A DNA stretch of 64,000 bases, taken from Paracoccus sp. (in: a-proteobacteria) (lineage in GTDB: Bacteria; Pseudomonadota; Alphaproteobacteria; Rhodobacterales; Rhodobacteraceae). The notes under the pieces are model-generated. The model was given only the letters and a program-made list of their open reading frames with translations. It was not told the origin of the DNA and made no database searches. Each line of letters opens with the position of its first letter. Position 1 is the stretch's first letter. Below are positions 54,083 through 63,611 of this stretch, piece by piece. The stretch is from contig NZ_JAUNTW010000008.1 of NCBI RefSeq assembly GCF_030538495.1, forward strand, positions 82,683-146,682, given 5' to 3'. The translations under genes and the position numbers were made by a program.

Positions 54083-54577
54083 ATGGATCGCAACGAACCG
54101 CTGCAACAGATCAAAAACCGCCGCGATACCGCGCTGAACGCCATGGTCGCGGGCATCCCTTACCTGCAATGGCTGGGCATCCGGTTCGACCGGCGCGGAG
54201 ACGAACTGACCGGCATCTTGCCCTTTGACGAAAAGCTGATCGGCAACCCGCTGCTGCCCGCGCTGCATGGCGGCGTGACGGCGGCGTTTCTGGAATTAAC
54301 CGCCATGGTCGAATTGTCGTGGTCGGTCATGTGGGAGGATTTGGAATCCGGCCGCATCGCGCCCAATGCATCGGTGCCGGGCAGCCTGCCGCGCCTGCCC
54401 AAGACCATTGACTTTACCGTCGATTATCTGCGCAGCGGCCTGCCGCGTGACGCCTTCGCCCGCGCGCGTGTGGTCCGGTCGGGGCGGCGCTATGCGTCGG
54501 TCCATGTCGAGGCGTGGCAGGACAACCGCGCCCGCATGTTCGCGCAGGCAACCGGGCATTTCCTGATGCCTCAGTAA
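54083..54577 (+). CDS. PaaI-type hotdog-fold thioesterase, second copy
   Basis: LHGGVTAAFLELTAM motif. 3 nt after the previous stop. Confidence 0.75.
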   Translation: MDRNEPLQQIKNRRDTALNAMVAGIPYLQWLGIRFDRRGDELTGILPFDEKLIGNPLLPALHGGVTAAFLELTAMVELSWSVMWEDLESGRIAPNASVPGSLPRLPKTIDFTVDYLRSGLPRDAFARARVVRSGRRYASVHVEAWQDNRARMFAQATGHFLMPQ

Positions 54578-54596
54578 ACGCCCGGCACGGGGCTGC

Positions 54597-55436
54597 TCAG
54601 ACGTGCAGCGGGTCGGCTTTGGCCAGACGGTCAAACTGCATCAGCGATGCAATCAGCCCCGGCATCTGATGCAGCGGGATCATATTCGGGCCGTCCGACG
54701 GCGCGCTGTCGGGCGTTTCATGCGTTTCGATAAAGACCCCCGCAATGCCCAGAGACACCGCCGCCCGCGCCATGACCGGCGCAAATTCGCGCTGCCCGCC
54801 CGATGATCCGCCCATGCCGCCCGGCTGTTGCACCGAATGGGTGGCGTCCATGATGATGGGATAGCCCGTGCGCGCCATGATCGGCAGCGACCGCATATCG
54901 GCAACCAAGGTGTTATACCCGAAACTGGCCCCGCGTTCGGTCAGCAAGATGCGGTCATTCCCGGTCGATGCGACCTTTTGCGCGACATTCGGCATATCCC
55001 ACGGCGCCAGAAACTGCCCCTTTTTGATGTTCACGACCGCGCCGCTTTCACCTGCGGCGATCAGCAAATCGGTTTGGCGGCACAGAAAGGCGGGGATCTG
55101 GATCACATCCACCACCCCCGCCGCGCGCCGAGCCTGTTCCGCGTCGTGAATATCGGTCAGCACCGGGCAGCCGATCCGGTCGCGCACGGCGGCCAGAATG
55201 TCCAGCCCCGCATCCATGCCCAGGCCGCGTTTGCCCGACAGCGATGTCCGGTTCGCTTTGTCATAGCTGGCCTTGAACACGAAACCCGCGCCCGCATCGG
55301 CGCAGGCCACGGCCATTTTTTCCGCGATCATCAGCGCGTGATCCAGCGATTCCAGCTGACACGGGCCGGCGATCACCGTCAGCGGCTGGTCGTTGCCGCA
55401 GGTCAGATTGCCGATATTTACCTGTTTCTGTGTCAT
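54597..55436 (-). CDS. kdsA: 3-deoxy-8-phosphooctulonate (KDO-8-P) synthase
   Basis: 279 aa. AGPCQLES, FKASYDKANRTS and the C-terminal HETPD. Confidence 0.92.
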   Translation of the reverse strand: MTQKQVNIGNLTCGNDQPLTVIAGPCQLESLDHALMIAEKMAVACADAGAGFVFKASYDKANRTSLSGKRGLGMDAGLDILAAVRDRIGCPVLTDIHDAEQARRAAGVVDVIQIPAFLCRQTDLLIAAGESGAVVNIKKGQFLAPWDMPNVAQKVASTGNDRILLTERGASFGYNTLVADMRSLPIMARTGYPIIMDATHSVQQPGGMGGSSGGQREFAPVMARAAVSLGIAGVFIETHETPDSAPSDGPNMIPLHQMPGLIASLMQFDRLAKADPLHV

Positions 55437-57046
55437 GTGGATACCTGTTCGCGGAGAATGGATGCCGTCAGCGACACCATCAGATAAATGCCCAGAAACA
55501 CCATAAAGGCAACAAGAGTGTTCTGGAACGCCTTGGGATAGGTGGCCGCATCGGGCGGCACCGGCGGCACCGACAGCGACAGATAACGGACCTGTTTATT
55601 CGCCTCGATCCGGGCGTTTTCCAGCTGCGCCGCCGCCGAGGCCAAGAGTTCCTGCCGCGTGCGCAAATCGCTTTCGGCGATGCGCAATTCGCCGGTCACG
55701 GTGGCCAGCGAGGCGCGCACCGTGTCGCCTTCGGTCAGCTGCGACCGGGTGTCGGCGACCATCTGTTCCAGCCGCACAATATCGCCGCGAACGGCGGCCA
55801 CACGGCTTTGCACCGGGCTGGGATTGGACAGCAATTGCCCCAATTCCAGACGTTTGGCGGTCAGTTGCCCTTCCAGCTGGGCGACCTGTCCCATCACGAC
55901 GCTGCTTTCCGCCGCCGGGTCCAGAACACCCAGACGCTGCTGCAATTCGTTCACGCGGGTCTGAGCGGACAGGACGCGCGCCTCGGCATCCTGATAGGTT
56001 TGGGTCGCGCCCTGCATCTGATCTTCGCGCAGGCGGGCGGTGGTCTGATCGACCTGTTCTTCGGCATATTTGATCAAGGCCAGCGAAAAATCGCGGCTGA
56101 GATTCGGGTCGGGGGCGATCACCTCCATATTGATGACGCCTTCGGTCGGATCATAGCCGATTTTGACCGAGTTTTTATACAGCCGATAGACCGTTTCGTT
56201 GGAATCATCGGGCGAAATGCGGCGCACGGGGTCGATTGCGGGGTCTTCGAAGGCGCGGCGGAACCCCATATCCTGATTCAGGCGCAGCATCGCTTCGCGT
56301 GAGGTCAGATAGCTTTGGGTTTTGACGGCATCGACATTCAGCGCCATCATCGACCCGGCCAGCCCGCCCATGCCGCCGCCGCCAACCGCCGAGGGGGCGG
56401 CGGACTGAATTTCGAACTGGGAATAGGTCGCGTAAAGCGGAGTCGCGATTTTGAAGTAATACCACCCCGCAATCCCCGTCGGCAGAAACACCAAAAACAG
56501 CAATCGCATGGCCAGCATCGCCAGCCTGCGCCGCCGCCTGCGCGCAATATCACGTTGAATTTGCAGGATTTCGGCGGCCCGCCGCCCTTCGGTCAGGACG
56601 TCGCGGGATGGCAGATCGGGCGCCGTTGGCACGGCGGCGGTTTTGACAATTGCGGGCGTGTCGGTGGCGGGGCGGGACTGGCTGCGCGCGCCTTCTTGTG
56701 CCAGCATTTTGCCGACCACGCTGCGTTGCGTCGGGTCCAGCCCGCGCTGACGCAGGCGCAGAACCGCCTCTTCGTCGGTTGTGACGTTGATCTGATGCAG
56801 ATGGGCCATGCGGCGGGCGATGCGCAACTGACGCGCCGTCAGTTTTTCATCCCGGATCGCGTCCAAGGCCGCCTGATCCGACGCCGGACCCGCAGGCGCC
56901 GCTGCGGGCGGCGCGCCGGGGGTCTTGGCGGGATCATGGGCGGCGGGCGATTTGCGGACCGTTTCCACGCGGATATGTCCCTTGGCCGGCGGGACGGTGT
57001 CACCAACGGACAGATTATAACGGCGCGCTTTGGGCGGTGTAGTCAT
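55433..57046 (-). CDS. kpsE: Capsule polysaccharide export inner-membrane protein (KpsE/RkpR, Wzz-like polysaccharide co-polymerase)
   Basis: An N-terminal TM helix, a long periplasmic coiled-coil and a C-terminal TM helix. The start chosen at 57046 overlaps the kpsT 3' end, and other starts are possible. Confidence 0.7.
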   Translation of the reverse strand: MTTPPKARRYNLSVGDTVPPAKGHIRVETVRKSPAAHDPAKTPGAPPAAAPAGPASDQAALDAIRDEKLTARQLRIARRMAHLHQINVTTDEEAVLRLRQRGLDPTQRSVVGKMLAQEGARSQSRPATDTPAIVKTAAVPTAPDLPSRDVLTEGRRAAEILQIQRDIARRRRRRLAMLAMRLLFLVFLPTGIAGWYYFKIATPLYATYSQFEIQSAAPSAVGGGGMGGLAGSMMALNVDAVKTQSYLTSREAMLRLNQDMGFRRAFEDPAIDPVRRISPDDSNETVYRLYKNSVKIGYDPTEGVINMEVIAPDPNLSRDFSLALIKYAEEQVDQTTARLREDQMQGATQTYQDAEARVLSAQTRVNELQQRLGVLDPAAESSVVMGQVAQLEGQLTAKRLELGQLLSNPSPVQSRVAAVRGDIVRLEQMVADTRSQLTEGDTVRASLATVTGELRIAESDLRTRQELLASAAAQLENARIEANKQVRYLSLSVPPVPPDAATYPKAFQNTLVAFMVFLGIYLMVSLTASILREQVST

Positions 57047-57683
57047 AGTATTGCTTTGCTTCGTCCAGCGTTTCAAACATAAACAATTTACCGTCACGCA
57101 TCACTGCGGCCCTTTGGCACAGCTTTTCCAGAGTTTGCGGCTGGTGCGACACAATGACTGTCGTTGCCCCCTTAAGGCGGTCAAACAGGACCTGACCCGC
57201 CCGGCGGTTAAATTCGACATCGGTTGTTTGTGGCATACCTTCGTCGATCAGGTAAATATCGAAATCCAGTGCCAACAGCAATGAAAACGTAAACCGCTGG
57301 CGCATCCCGGCGGAATAGGTGCCGACCGGCATGTCATAATATTCGTCGATATTGGTCAGCCACCGGGTAAAAGCGGCGACATAATCGGGGTCCAGCCCGT
57401 AAATGCGCGCGATATAGCGTGCGTTTTCATTCGCCGACAGTTTATTGACCACGCCGCCCATAAATCCCAGCGGAAAGGACACACGGCAGTCGCGGCGAAT
57501 CTCTCCCTCATCGGGTTTTTCAAGGCCGCACATCATATTCACCAGCGTGGTTTTGCCGGTGCCGTTGGGGGCCAGAATCCCCAGCGACTGCCCCAGTTCC
57601 ACCCGAAAGGACGCCCCGGCCAGAATGACCTTGCGCTGTTTTCCGGTCCAGAACGATTTGGACACATTGTCAAATTCAAGCAT
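57015..57683 (-). CDS. kpsT: Capsule polysaccharide export ABC transporter ATP-binding protein
   Basis: Walker A GTGKTTL, signature YSAGMRQR, Walker B IYLIDE. 222 aa. No kpsM permease gene is adjacent. Confidence 0.8.
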   Translation of the reverse strand: MLEFDNVSKSFWTGKQRKVILAGASFRVELGQSLGILAPNGTGKTTLVNMMCGLEKPDEGEIRRDCRVSFPLGFMGGVVNKLSANENARYIARIYGLDPDYVAAFTRWLTNIDEYYDMPVGTYSAGMRQRFTFSLLLALDFDIYLIDEGMPQTTDVEFNRRAGQVLFDRLKGATTVIVSHQPQTLEKLCQRAAVMRDGKLFMFETLDEAKQYYDYTAQSAPL

Positions 57684-57864
57684 CGCCCGACCTTGTTCCC
57701 TGCTGCGCGGGCCGAACGTCCCGCCCTGTTACGCGCCCTTGTCCTTAGCCGTTCTGCACCCGTTCTGACAACGAAGATATACATAGCATTTGATCCTTTG
57801 CGTTGCCCAAATGACGGAAACGTGGCAAAAGCACGCAAAACATGCCCAGCCGAGGTTCCACGAT

Positions 57865-58518
57865 ATGCAGGATTTTGCCGCCAGCCGCACAATGATGGTT
57901 GATACGCAGGTGCGCCCCAATGATGTCACCAAATTCCCCGTGATCGAGGCGATGCTGTCCGTCCCGCGCGAACATTTCGTGCCGGATGCGCAACGTCATG
58001 TGGCCTATTCCGAAGACGATCTGGCCGTTGGCCATGGCCGCATTATGCTGGCTCCGCGCAGTTTTTCGAAAATGATTGACGGGCTGGACATTCAGCCAAC
58101 CGATCTGGTGCTGCATATTGGTGCGGGTCTGGGCTATTCGGCGGCGGTGCTGGCGCGCATGGCGCAGGCGGTTGTGGCCATCGACGATCAGCCCGAACTG
58201 GTGGCCGAGGCGCAGCGCCGTCTGGCGCAGGTCGGCGCGGATAACGCCGTGGTCACGCAGGCCGAACTGGCGGCAGGCGCGCCCGGTCAGGCCCCGTTTG
58301 ATGCGATCCTGATCGAAGGCGCGGTGCAGGACGTGCCAGCCGCCGTGCTGGATCAGCTGGCCGATGGCGGACGCATTGCGGCCCTGTTCATGGATGGGGC
58401 GCTGGGAACCGTGCGGATCGGCCATAAAGTTGCTGGACAGGTCAGCTGGCGATTCGCCTTCAACGCGACGGCGGCACTGGTGCCGGGGTTTGAACGTCGC
58501 AAGGAATTTGTGTTGTGA
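57865..58518 (+). CDS. Protein-L-isoaspartate O-methyltransferase paralog (of the pcm-tolC-linked type)
   Basis: SAM-binding motif VLHIGAGLGY. Its stop overlaps the tolC start. Confidence 0.75.
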   Translation: MQDFAASRTMMVDTQVRPNDVTKFPVIEAMLSVPREHFVPDAQRHVAYSEDDLAVGHGRIMLAPRSFSKMIDGLDIQPTDLVLHIGAGLGYSAAVLARMAQAVVAIDDQPELVAEAQRRLAQVGADNAVVTQAELAAGAPGQAPFDAILIEGAVQDVPAAVLDQLADGGRIAALFMDGALGTVRIGHKVAGQVSWRFAFNATAALVPGFERRKEFVL

Positions 58519-59903
58519 TGCGCAATCTGGTGCGTGGGGTCACGCTGGCCGTGGCCTTGGCCGGTGGGGCTGTGCAGGCCGAATCGCTGGCCGATGCGAT
58601 GGTTGCGGCCTATCGTCATTCGGCGCTGTTGGATCAGAACCGGGCTGTCCTGCGCGCCGCCGACGAAGATGTCGCCGCGGCCACGGCACGTCTGCGCCCC
58701 GTCGTTGAATGGGTGGCCCGCCATGCCGAAAGCGCGACCGATACCGGCACGGGGTGGCGGGGCGCGCGTTCGACCTCGGTCACGCTGTCGGGGTCGCTGA
58801 CGCTTTATGATTTCGGCCGGTCGCAACTGGCGATTGACGGGGCCAAGGAACAGGTTCTGGCCGCGCGTCAGGGGCTGGTTGCGGTGGAACAGAATGTGCT
58901 GTTGTCTGCGGCGTCGGCCTATTTTCAGGTGCGGCAGGCGACGCAGCAGGTGGCCTTGCAGCAAAGCTCGGTTCAGGTGTTGCAACAGGAACGGCGCGCC
59001 GCGCAGGATCGGTTTGATGTCGGCGAAATCACCGTGACCGATGTTGCGCTGGCCGATGCCCAACTGGCCGGAACGCAGGCGCGGCTTGCGGCGGCCTCGG
59101 GTCAGTTGGAAATCGCGCGCGAACAATATCGGTCGGCCACGGGGCGTTTGCCGGGATCGTTGTCGGCCCCGCCGCCTTTGCCCAAATTACCGGCATCTGC
59201 GGACGCAGCCCGCGCGGTTGCGCAGCGCACGCATCCGGTGATTTTGCAGGCGCAACGCGGCGCGGCGGCGGCGGAAATCGCCGTTGCGGCGGCGGCGGCA
59301 GAGCGTAACCCGACCCTTTCGGGCAATGCCAGCATCGGCGTGGCGCGCAGCCCGAACCAAGCCACGGGGCAATATAACTGGACTGATTCGGCGCAGGTCG
59401 GCGTTGAGATGCGCCAAACCGTCTATTCAGGCGGACGCCTGTCGTCGGGGCATCGCAAAGCGATGGCTGGGCGCGATCAGGCACGCGCGAATCTGTTGAA
59501 CGCGTCGCGGACCGTGGCGCAGCAGGTGGGCGAATCATGGGCGAATATCGACGTGGCCCGCGCGCAAATTCGGGCGATTGATCAGCAGATTTCGGCCGCG
59601 CAACAGGCCTATGATGGCGTCCGCGAAGAAGCATTGCTGGGCGCGCGCACCACTTTGGACGTTTTGGATGCGGAACAGGCGCTGTTAACGGCGCGCGCGG
59701 ACAAAATTTCTGCGGAATCTAATCTGCAGTTAGCACATTATCAACTTTTGGCCGCTATGGGTTTGTTGACGGTAGAAAGCCTGAAACTGGGAATCCAAAC
59801 CTATGATCCATCGCAATACTACAACGCCGTGCGCGACGCGCCGTTCACCAGCAGCCAAGGCGAAAGCCTTGACCGTGTTCTGCGCGCCATTGGCCGCAAC
59901 TGA
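58518..59903 (+). CDS. tolC: TolC-family outer-membrane channel
   Basis: Signal peptide and two repeated halves with a coiled-coil/beta pattern (ALADAQLAG...RLAAA). 461 aa. Confidence 0.85.
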   Translation: MRNLVRGVTLAVALAGGAVQAESLADAMVAAYRHSALLDQNRAVLRAADEDVAAATARLRPVVEWVARHAESATDTGTGWRGARSTSVTLSGSLTLYDFGRSQLAIDGAKEQVLAARQGLVAVEQNVLLSAASAYFQVRQATQQVALQQSSVQVLQQERRAAQDRFDVGEITVTDVALADAQLAGTQARLAAASGQLEIAREQYRSATGRLPGSLSAPPPLPKLPASADAARAVAQRTHPVILQAQRGAAAAEIAVAAAAAERNPTLSGNASIGVARSPNQATGQYNWTDSAQVGVEMRQTVYSGGRLSSGHRKAMAGRDQARANLLNASRTVAQQVGESWANIDVARAQIRAIDQQISAAQQAYDGVREEALLGARTTLDVLDAEQALLTARADKISAESNLQLAHYQLLAAMGLLTVESLKLGIQTYDPSQYYNAVRDAPFTSSQGESLDRVLRAIGRN

Positions 59904-59926
59904 CGCCAAACATCCGGGGGTGCAGC

Positions 59927-60712
59927 ATGGCTGATCCCCGGATGACCCAAAACCCCGCCAAACTGTCCGAAGAAATCGGTGACGTGCTGCAAACCATTCG
60001 TCGTCTGATCGCGGATGACGACGCCTTGACAGCGGCGCGTGCGAAACTGGCGGTTGCCCGCAATGATGTTCAGCACGAAGACAGCGCGGATTTTCTGGCG
60101 CGCCGTCATGGTGGCAATGCGGCCTTGGCGCGCGAATTGGTGCGTCATGAGCCCAAGGTCGTGCAGCCCGCGCCGATGTCTCAGGCGGCGTTGATTGCTG
60201 AATTTATGCGTCCGCAGGCTGAACCGGTTCAGCCGCAGCCAGAGCCGGAACCCGAACCCCTGCGTCTGGATCAGCAACGCCGCGTGGCTGAACCTGCGCC
60301 GATGCCGGTGTTTCTGCGCCGTGTGCCGGATGTGGCACCGGAACCCGCGCCTCAGGCCGAACCCGAACCGGCACCCGTCGCCAAGGCGCCGCGCCGCTTT
60401 TTCTGGTCGGTCAAGCCCGCGCCGGCGGAGCAGGTGGCGACACCGGCCAATGATCCGCAGCCGCAGCCGCAGCCGGAATTTGTGGGTTATGTGCAGGAAC
60501 CGGAACAGGTTGCGCCTGAACCGCTGCCCGAACCCGAACCCGTTGCGCAAGCGCAAACCGTTGATGATCTGGACGAATTGCGGGATTTGCTGCGCGAAAT
60601 GGTGCGGGCCGAACTGCATGGTGCCTTGGGCGAACGGTTTTCAGCCAATATCCGCGCGGTGATCCGTCGCGAAGTGGCCGAGGCGATTGACGCCCAGGTC
60701 GCGCGGCTGTGA
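59927..60712 (+). CDS. Pro/Glu-rich protein of unknown function (DUF2497-like), of the type that follows tolC in alphaproteobacteria
   Basis: PEPEPEP and PQPQPQPE low-complexity tracts. A conserved C-terminus (LREMVRAELHGALGERFSANIRAVIRREV). Confidence 0.6.
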   Translation: MADPRMTQNPAKLSEEIGDVLQTIRRLIADDDALTAARAKLAVARNDVQHEDSADFLARRHGGNAALARELVRHEPKVVQPAPMSQAALIAEFMRPQAEPVQPQPEPEPEPLRLDQQRRVAEPAPMPVFLRRVPDVAPEPAPQAEPEPAPVAKAPRRFFWSVKPAPAEQVATPANDPQPQPQPEFVGYVQEPEQVAPEPLPEPEPVAQAQTVDDLDELRDLLREMVRAELHGALGERFSANIRAVIRREVAEAIDAQVARL

Positions 60713-60724
60713 CCGGTGGCGGAT

Positions 60725-60746
60725 GGCGCGGCTGTGACGCCGCGCC
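60725..60746. terminator. Bidirectional GC hairpin (GGCGCGGC-tgtgac-GCCGCGCC) between the convergent DUF2497-like gene and nlpD
   Basis: Seen directly between the two stop codons. Confidence 0.55.
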
Positions 60747-60752
60747 GATCGC

Positions 60753-61823
60753 TTAGTTCAGGAATTTTTCCGGGTCTTGGCTTTCGAAACCGCGACGAAC
60801 CTCGAAATGCAGAGAACCGCCCGTGCCGGTGGTGCCGAGGCGCTGACCCCGCGTCACGGTATCACCGCGCGCGACGGTCAGATCGCCCATCCCGGCATAG
60901 ACGGTCATCAGGTCGCCATCATGACGCACCACAACGATGGATTTTCCCGACGTGTCGCGCGTGATCGCTGCGACGGTCCCGGCACCCGCCGCCGATACGG
61001 GCGTCCCGGTCGGTGCGGCGATGTCAATGCCATCATTGCGGCCTTTGTCATACACGCGGATGATCGCTCCATCGACGGGCATACGGAACCGCCCCGACCC
61101 AGAAGTCGTCGTCCGCGTCGCGCCCAGATTGGGGGCAGGGGCCGCGGGGGCCGGAGTCGCTGCCGGTTCGGTTTTTTCGTCAGGCAGGGGCTGGCTGGCC
61201 GATGGCGGCAGCGGGGTGGCGCTGCCCTGACCGGGGGCGGGGGGCTCGGGCGTGGTTGCGGGGGCGGCTTGACCCGCCTGCGGGATGATCAGGCGCTGAC
61301 CGGGGCGCAGCGCCATATCCGAGGGCAAGCCGTTCCACGACGCCAGATCCTGCACGCTGATATTGTAACGACGCGCAACGGCCCATGCGGTTTCACCCGT
61401 TTTGACAATATGTTGGCCCGGATTCGTGGGGGCAGGGGCAGGGGCCTGCGCGCGCGGGGGCTGGGCAGCGGGGGCGGGTTGCGCGGCGGCGATCCGCTGC
61501 GGCAGGACCAGCACCGCGCCGGCATCCAGAACCGCGTCTTTCGGCAGGGCGTTGTGCCGCGCCAAGGCATCGGCGTTGATGCCCAACCGCGCCGCGACGC
61601 GGGCCGGAGTCTCGCCCGCCTGCGCAACCGCGACCTGCGCATTGGCAAAGGTAATGATGCCGCGATTGTCGGGCTGGGGGCGCGGGGCTGCCGCCGCAGC
61701 GGCGGGGGCCGTGTTCAGGCCGCCCATCCATCCGCGCAAATCGGGATCAACAATCCCATCCGGGCCGCAGGATGCCAGCGTCAGCACCATCATGCTGGCC
61801 CCAAGGGGAAAAAATTTGCTCAT
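60753..61823 (-). CDS. nlpD: LysM-domain / M23-peptidase lipoprotein (NlpD-like)
   Basis: Lipobox LTLASCG, two LysM-like segments, the C-terminal M23 motif GIDIAAPTGTPV and SGKSIVVVRHDGDLMTVYAGMGDLTVARGD. Confidence 0.85.
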   Translation of the reverse strand: MSKFFPLGASMMVLTLASCGPDGIVDPDLRGWMGGLNTAPAAAAAAPRPQPDNRGIITFANAQVAVAQAGETPARVAARLGINADALARHNALPKDAVLDAGAVLVLPQRIAAAQPAPAAQPPRAQAPAPAPTNPGQHIVKTGETAWAVARRYNISVQDLASWNGLPSDMALRPGQRLIIPQAGQAAPATTPEPPAPGQGSATPLPPSASQPLPDEKTEPAATPAPAAPAPNLGATRTTTSGSGRFRMPVDGAIIRVYDKGRNDGIDIAAPTGTPVSAAGAGTVAAITRDTSGKSIVVVRHDGDLMTVYAGMGDLTVARGDTVTRGQRLGTTGTGGSLHFEVRRGFESQDPEKFLN

Positions 61824-61853
61824 GACCTTAATCCTCTGCCTGTCTGGCGGGGG

Positions 61854-62501
61854 TCATGTCTGGCCCAACCCCTCGACCAGAGGGACGAACCGCACCTGGC
61901 GCAGTTCGTCGTAATCGAAACCCGTTTCCAGCCGGGTGACGCGGATCAGGGTTTGAACCGCGTCGGACTGGCCGACCGGAACCACCATGATACCGCCGAT
62001 TTTCAGCTGTGCCAACAGGGGGCCAGGCGGATCCTCGGCCGCGGCGGTCACAAGGATACGATCAAACGGCGCCTGATCGGGCAAGCCACGCGATCCGTCC
62101 GCAACCTGCGCGGTGATGTTGGACAGGCCCAGTTGGTGAAAAATCGTCTCGGCCTCTTGGACCAGTCGGCGGTGACGGTCCACGGTATAAATGCGGCGGC
62201 ACAGCCCCGACAAAACCGCCGCCTGATAGCCGGACCCGGTGCCGATTTCCAGCACGGTATCGCGCGGCCCGACATTCAGCGCCTGCGTCATCAGTCCCAC
62301 GACCGAGGGCTGGCTGATGGTCTGGCCGCAGGGAATCGGCAGGGGGGTATCCTCATAGGCACGGTCGGCGAATTGACCGCGCACAAATTTTCCACGGTCG
62401 ATCCGCTCCATTGCGTCCAGCACGCGCGGATCGGTGACGCTGCGGCTGCGCAACTGAAACAGAAAGCGCATTTTGATTTCGGCGGGGCTGTCGTCGGTCA
62501 T
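61854..62501 (-). CDS. pcm: Protein-L-isoaspartate O-methyltransferase
   Basis: [15 protein letters not shown] motif. Its ATG overlaps the surE stop (ATGA). The surE-pcm-nlpD synteny is classical. Confidence 0.88.
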   Translation of the reverse strand: MTDDSPAEIKMRFLFQLRSRSVTDPRVLDAMERIDRGKFVRGQFADRAYEDTPLPIPCGQTISQPSVVGLMTQALNVGPRDTVLEIGTGSGYQAAVLSGLCRRIYTVDRHRRLVQEAETIFHQLGLSNITAQVADGSRGLPDQAPFDRILVTAAAEDPPGPLLAQLKIGGIMVVPVGQSDAVQTLIRVTRLETGFDYDELRQVRFVPLVEGLGQT

Positions 62502-63313
62502 TCGGCAGGGTCCGGCAGGTGCAGCCCGTCCAAGGCTGTGGCCAGCCCGGACAGTGACGCATGGCAAGTCAGATCGGCGCGCATCGGCGTGACCGAAATA
62601 AAGCCCGCCATATTCGCCGCCACATCGGTGCCATCCGCCGCCGTTGCGCGCTGATTGCCACCGGTGATCCACATAAAGCGGCGCCCGTTCGGCGCGGTAT
62701 AGGGTTCGACGCCGAACCGGCTGTCGCGGCGGCGGCCCTGCGGTGTGACGCGCAGCCCCTGCACATCCGACGCCGCGACGGGCGGGAAATTCACGTTGTA
62801 AAACAGGCGGAAATCGGCATCCGATGTCCAATCTCCGTGATCCAGCAGCGCGCGGATGACCGATGCGCCATGCCGCCGCGCGGCCTGAAACGGATCATCC
62901 AGCATTGCCGTTTGCGGCCCCAGATATTGCGACAATGCAATCGCGGGCAGGCCCTGTAACGCGGCCTCCATCGCGCCGCCAAGCGTGCCGGAATACATCG
63001 CGTTTTCGCCGGAATTGTTGCCGCGATTAACGCCGGACAGCACCAGATCGGGCGGGCAATCGGCCATCACGTCGCCAATGGCGGCCAGCACGCAATCGGC
63101 GGGGCTGCCCTCGGTCGCGAAACGGCGTTCGGACAGACGCGCCACCATCATCGGGCGGGCATAGCTGATGCAATGCGCCACGCCCGATTGTTCAAAGGCC
63201 GGCGCGACCGTCCAGACCTGACCATCTGGCCCCGCCAATTCGGTGGCAATTTCGGTCAGCACCTGCAATCCCGGCGCGTTGATGCCATCATCATTGGTAA
63301 TCAGAATTCGCAT
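62498..63313 (-). CDS. surE: 5'/3'-nucleotidase SurE
   Basis: [16 protein letters not shown]-terminus. The track ORF's 60-aa upstream extension was rejected. Confidence 0.9.
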   Translation of the reverse strand: MRILITNDDGINAPGLQVLTEIATELAGPDGQVWTVAPAFEQSGVAHCISYARPMMVARLSERRFATEGSPADCVLAAIGDVMADCPPDLVLSGVNRGNNSGENAMYSGTLGGAMEAALQGLPAIALSQYLGPQTAMLDDPFQAARRHGASVIRALLDHGDWTSDADFRLFYNVNFPPVAASDVQGLRVTPQGRRRDSRFGVEPYTAPNGRRFMWITGGNQRATAADGTDVAANMAGFISVTPMRADLTCHASLSGLATALDGLHLPDPAE

Positions 63314-63394
63314 CATCGCCCCCATTCGCGTTTGGTCCTGATTAGCGGCGGGGGCAGGGTGCTTCAAGATATAAGGCGGTTTTGCGTGGACAGT

Positions 63395-63467
63395 GCGGGG
63401 GCCAGCCCCCCAGCCCGTCCCACGGGGATGGCACCGGGGGCCACCCCCCAGCCCGCCCCACGGGGAC
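63395..63467. repeat. Two tandem ~33-bp direct repeats (CGGGGGCCA[G/C]CCCCCCAGCCCG[T/C]CCCACGGGGA) spaced 40 bp apart
   Basis: Seen directly. Each unit contains two small GC hairpins. Confidence 0.65.
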
Positions 63468-63480
63468 GGGCGTTCGACGG

Positions 63481-63505
63481 GGAAAAGGTCCACTGGACCT
63501 TTTCC
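63481..63505. other. Perfect 11-bp hairpin GGAAAAGGTCC-ACT-GGACCTTTTCC
   Basis: Seen directly in the surE/tauE divergent region. Confidence 0.6.
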
Positions 63506-63523
63506 TGACCCGTCTCACCCCGG

Positions 63524-63544
63524 GATATTTACGCACAGAAGATC
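63524..63544 (+). repeat. Copy 5 of the 22-bp motif (GATATTTACGCACAGAAGATC)
   Basis: Seen directly in the surE/tauE divergent region. Confidence 0.7.
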
Positions 63545-63611
63545 GGGGCGGAAACCCGTTTGACGGGGGCGGCGTGGCGTTGCATCCTGCGGAAAACGGC
63601 GTGCGATTTCG

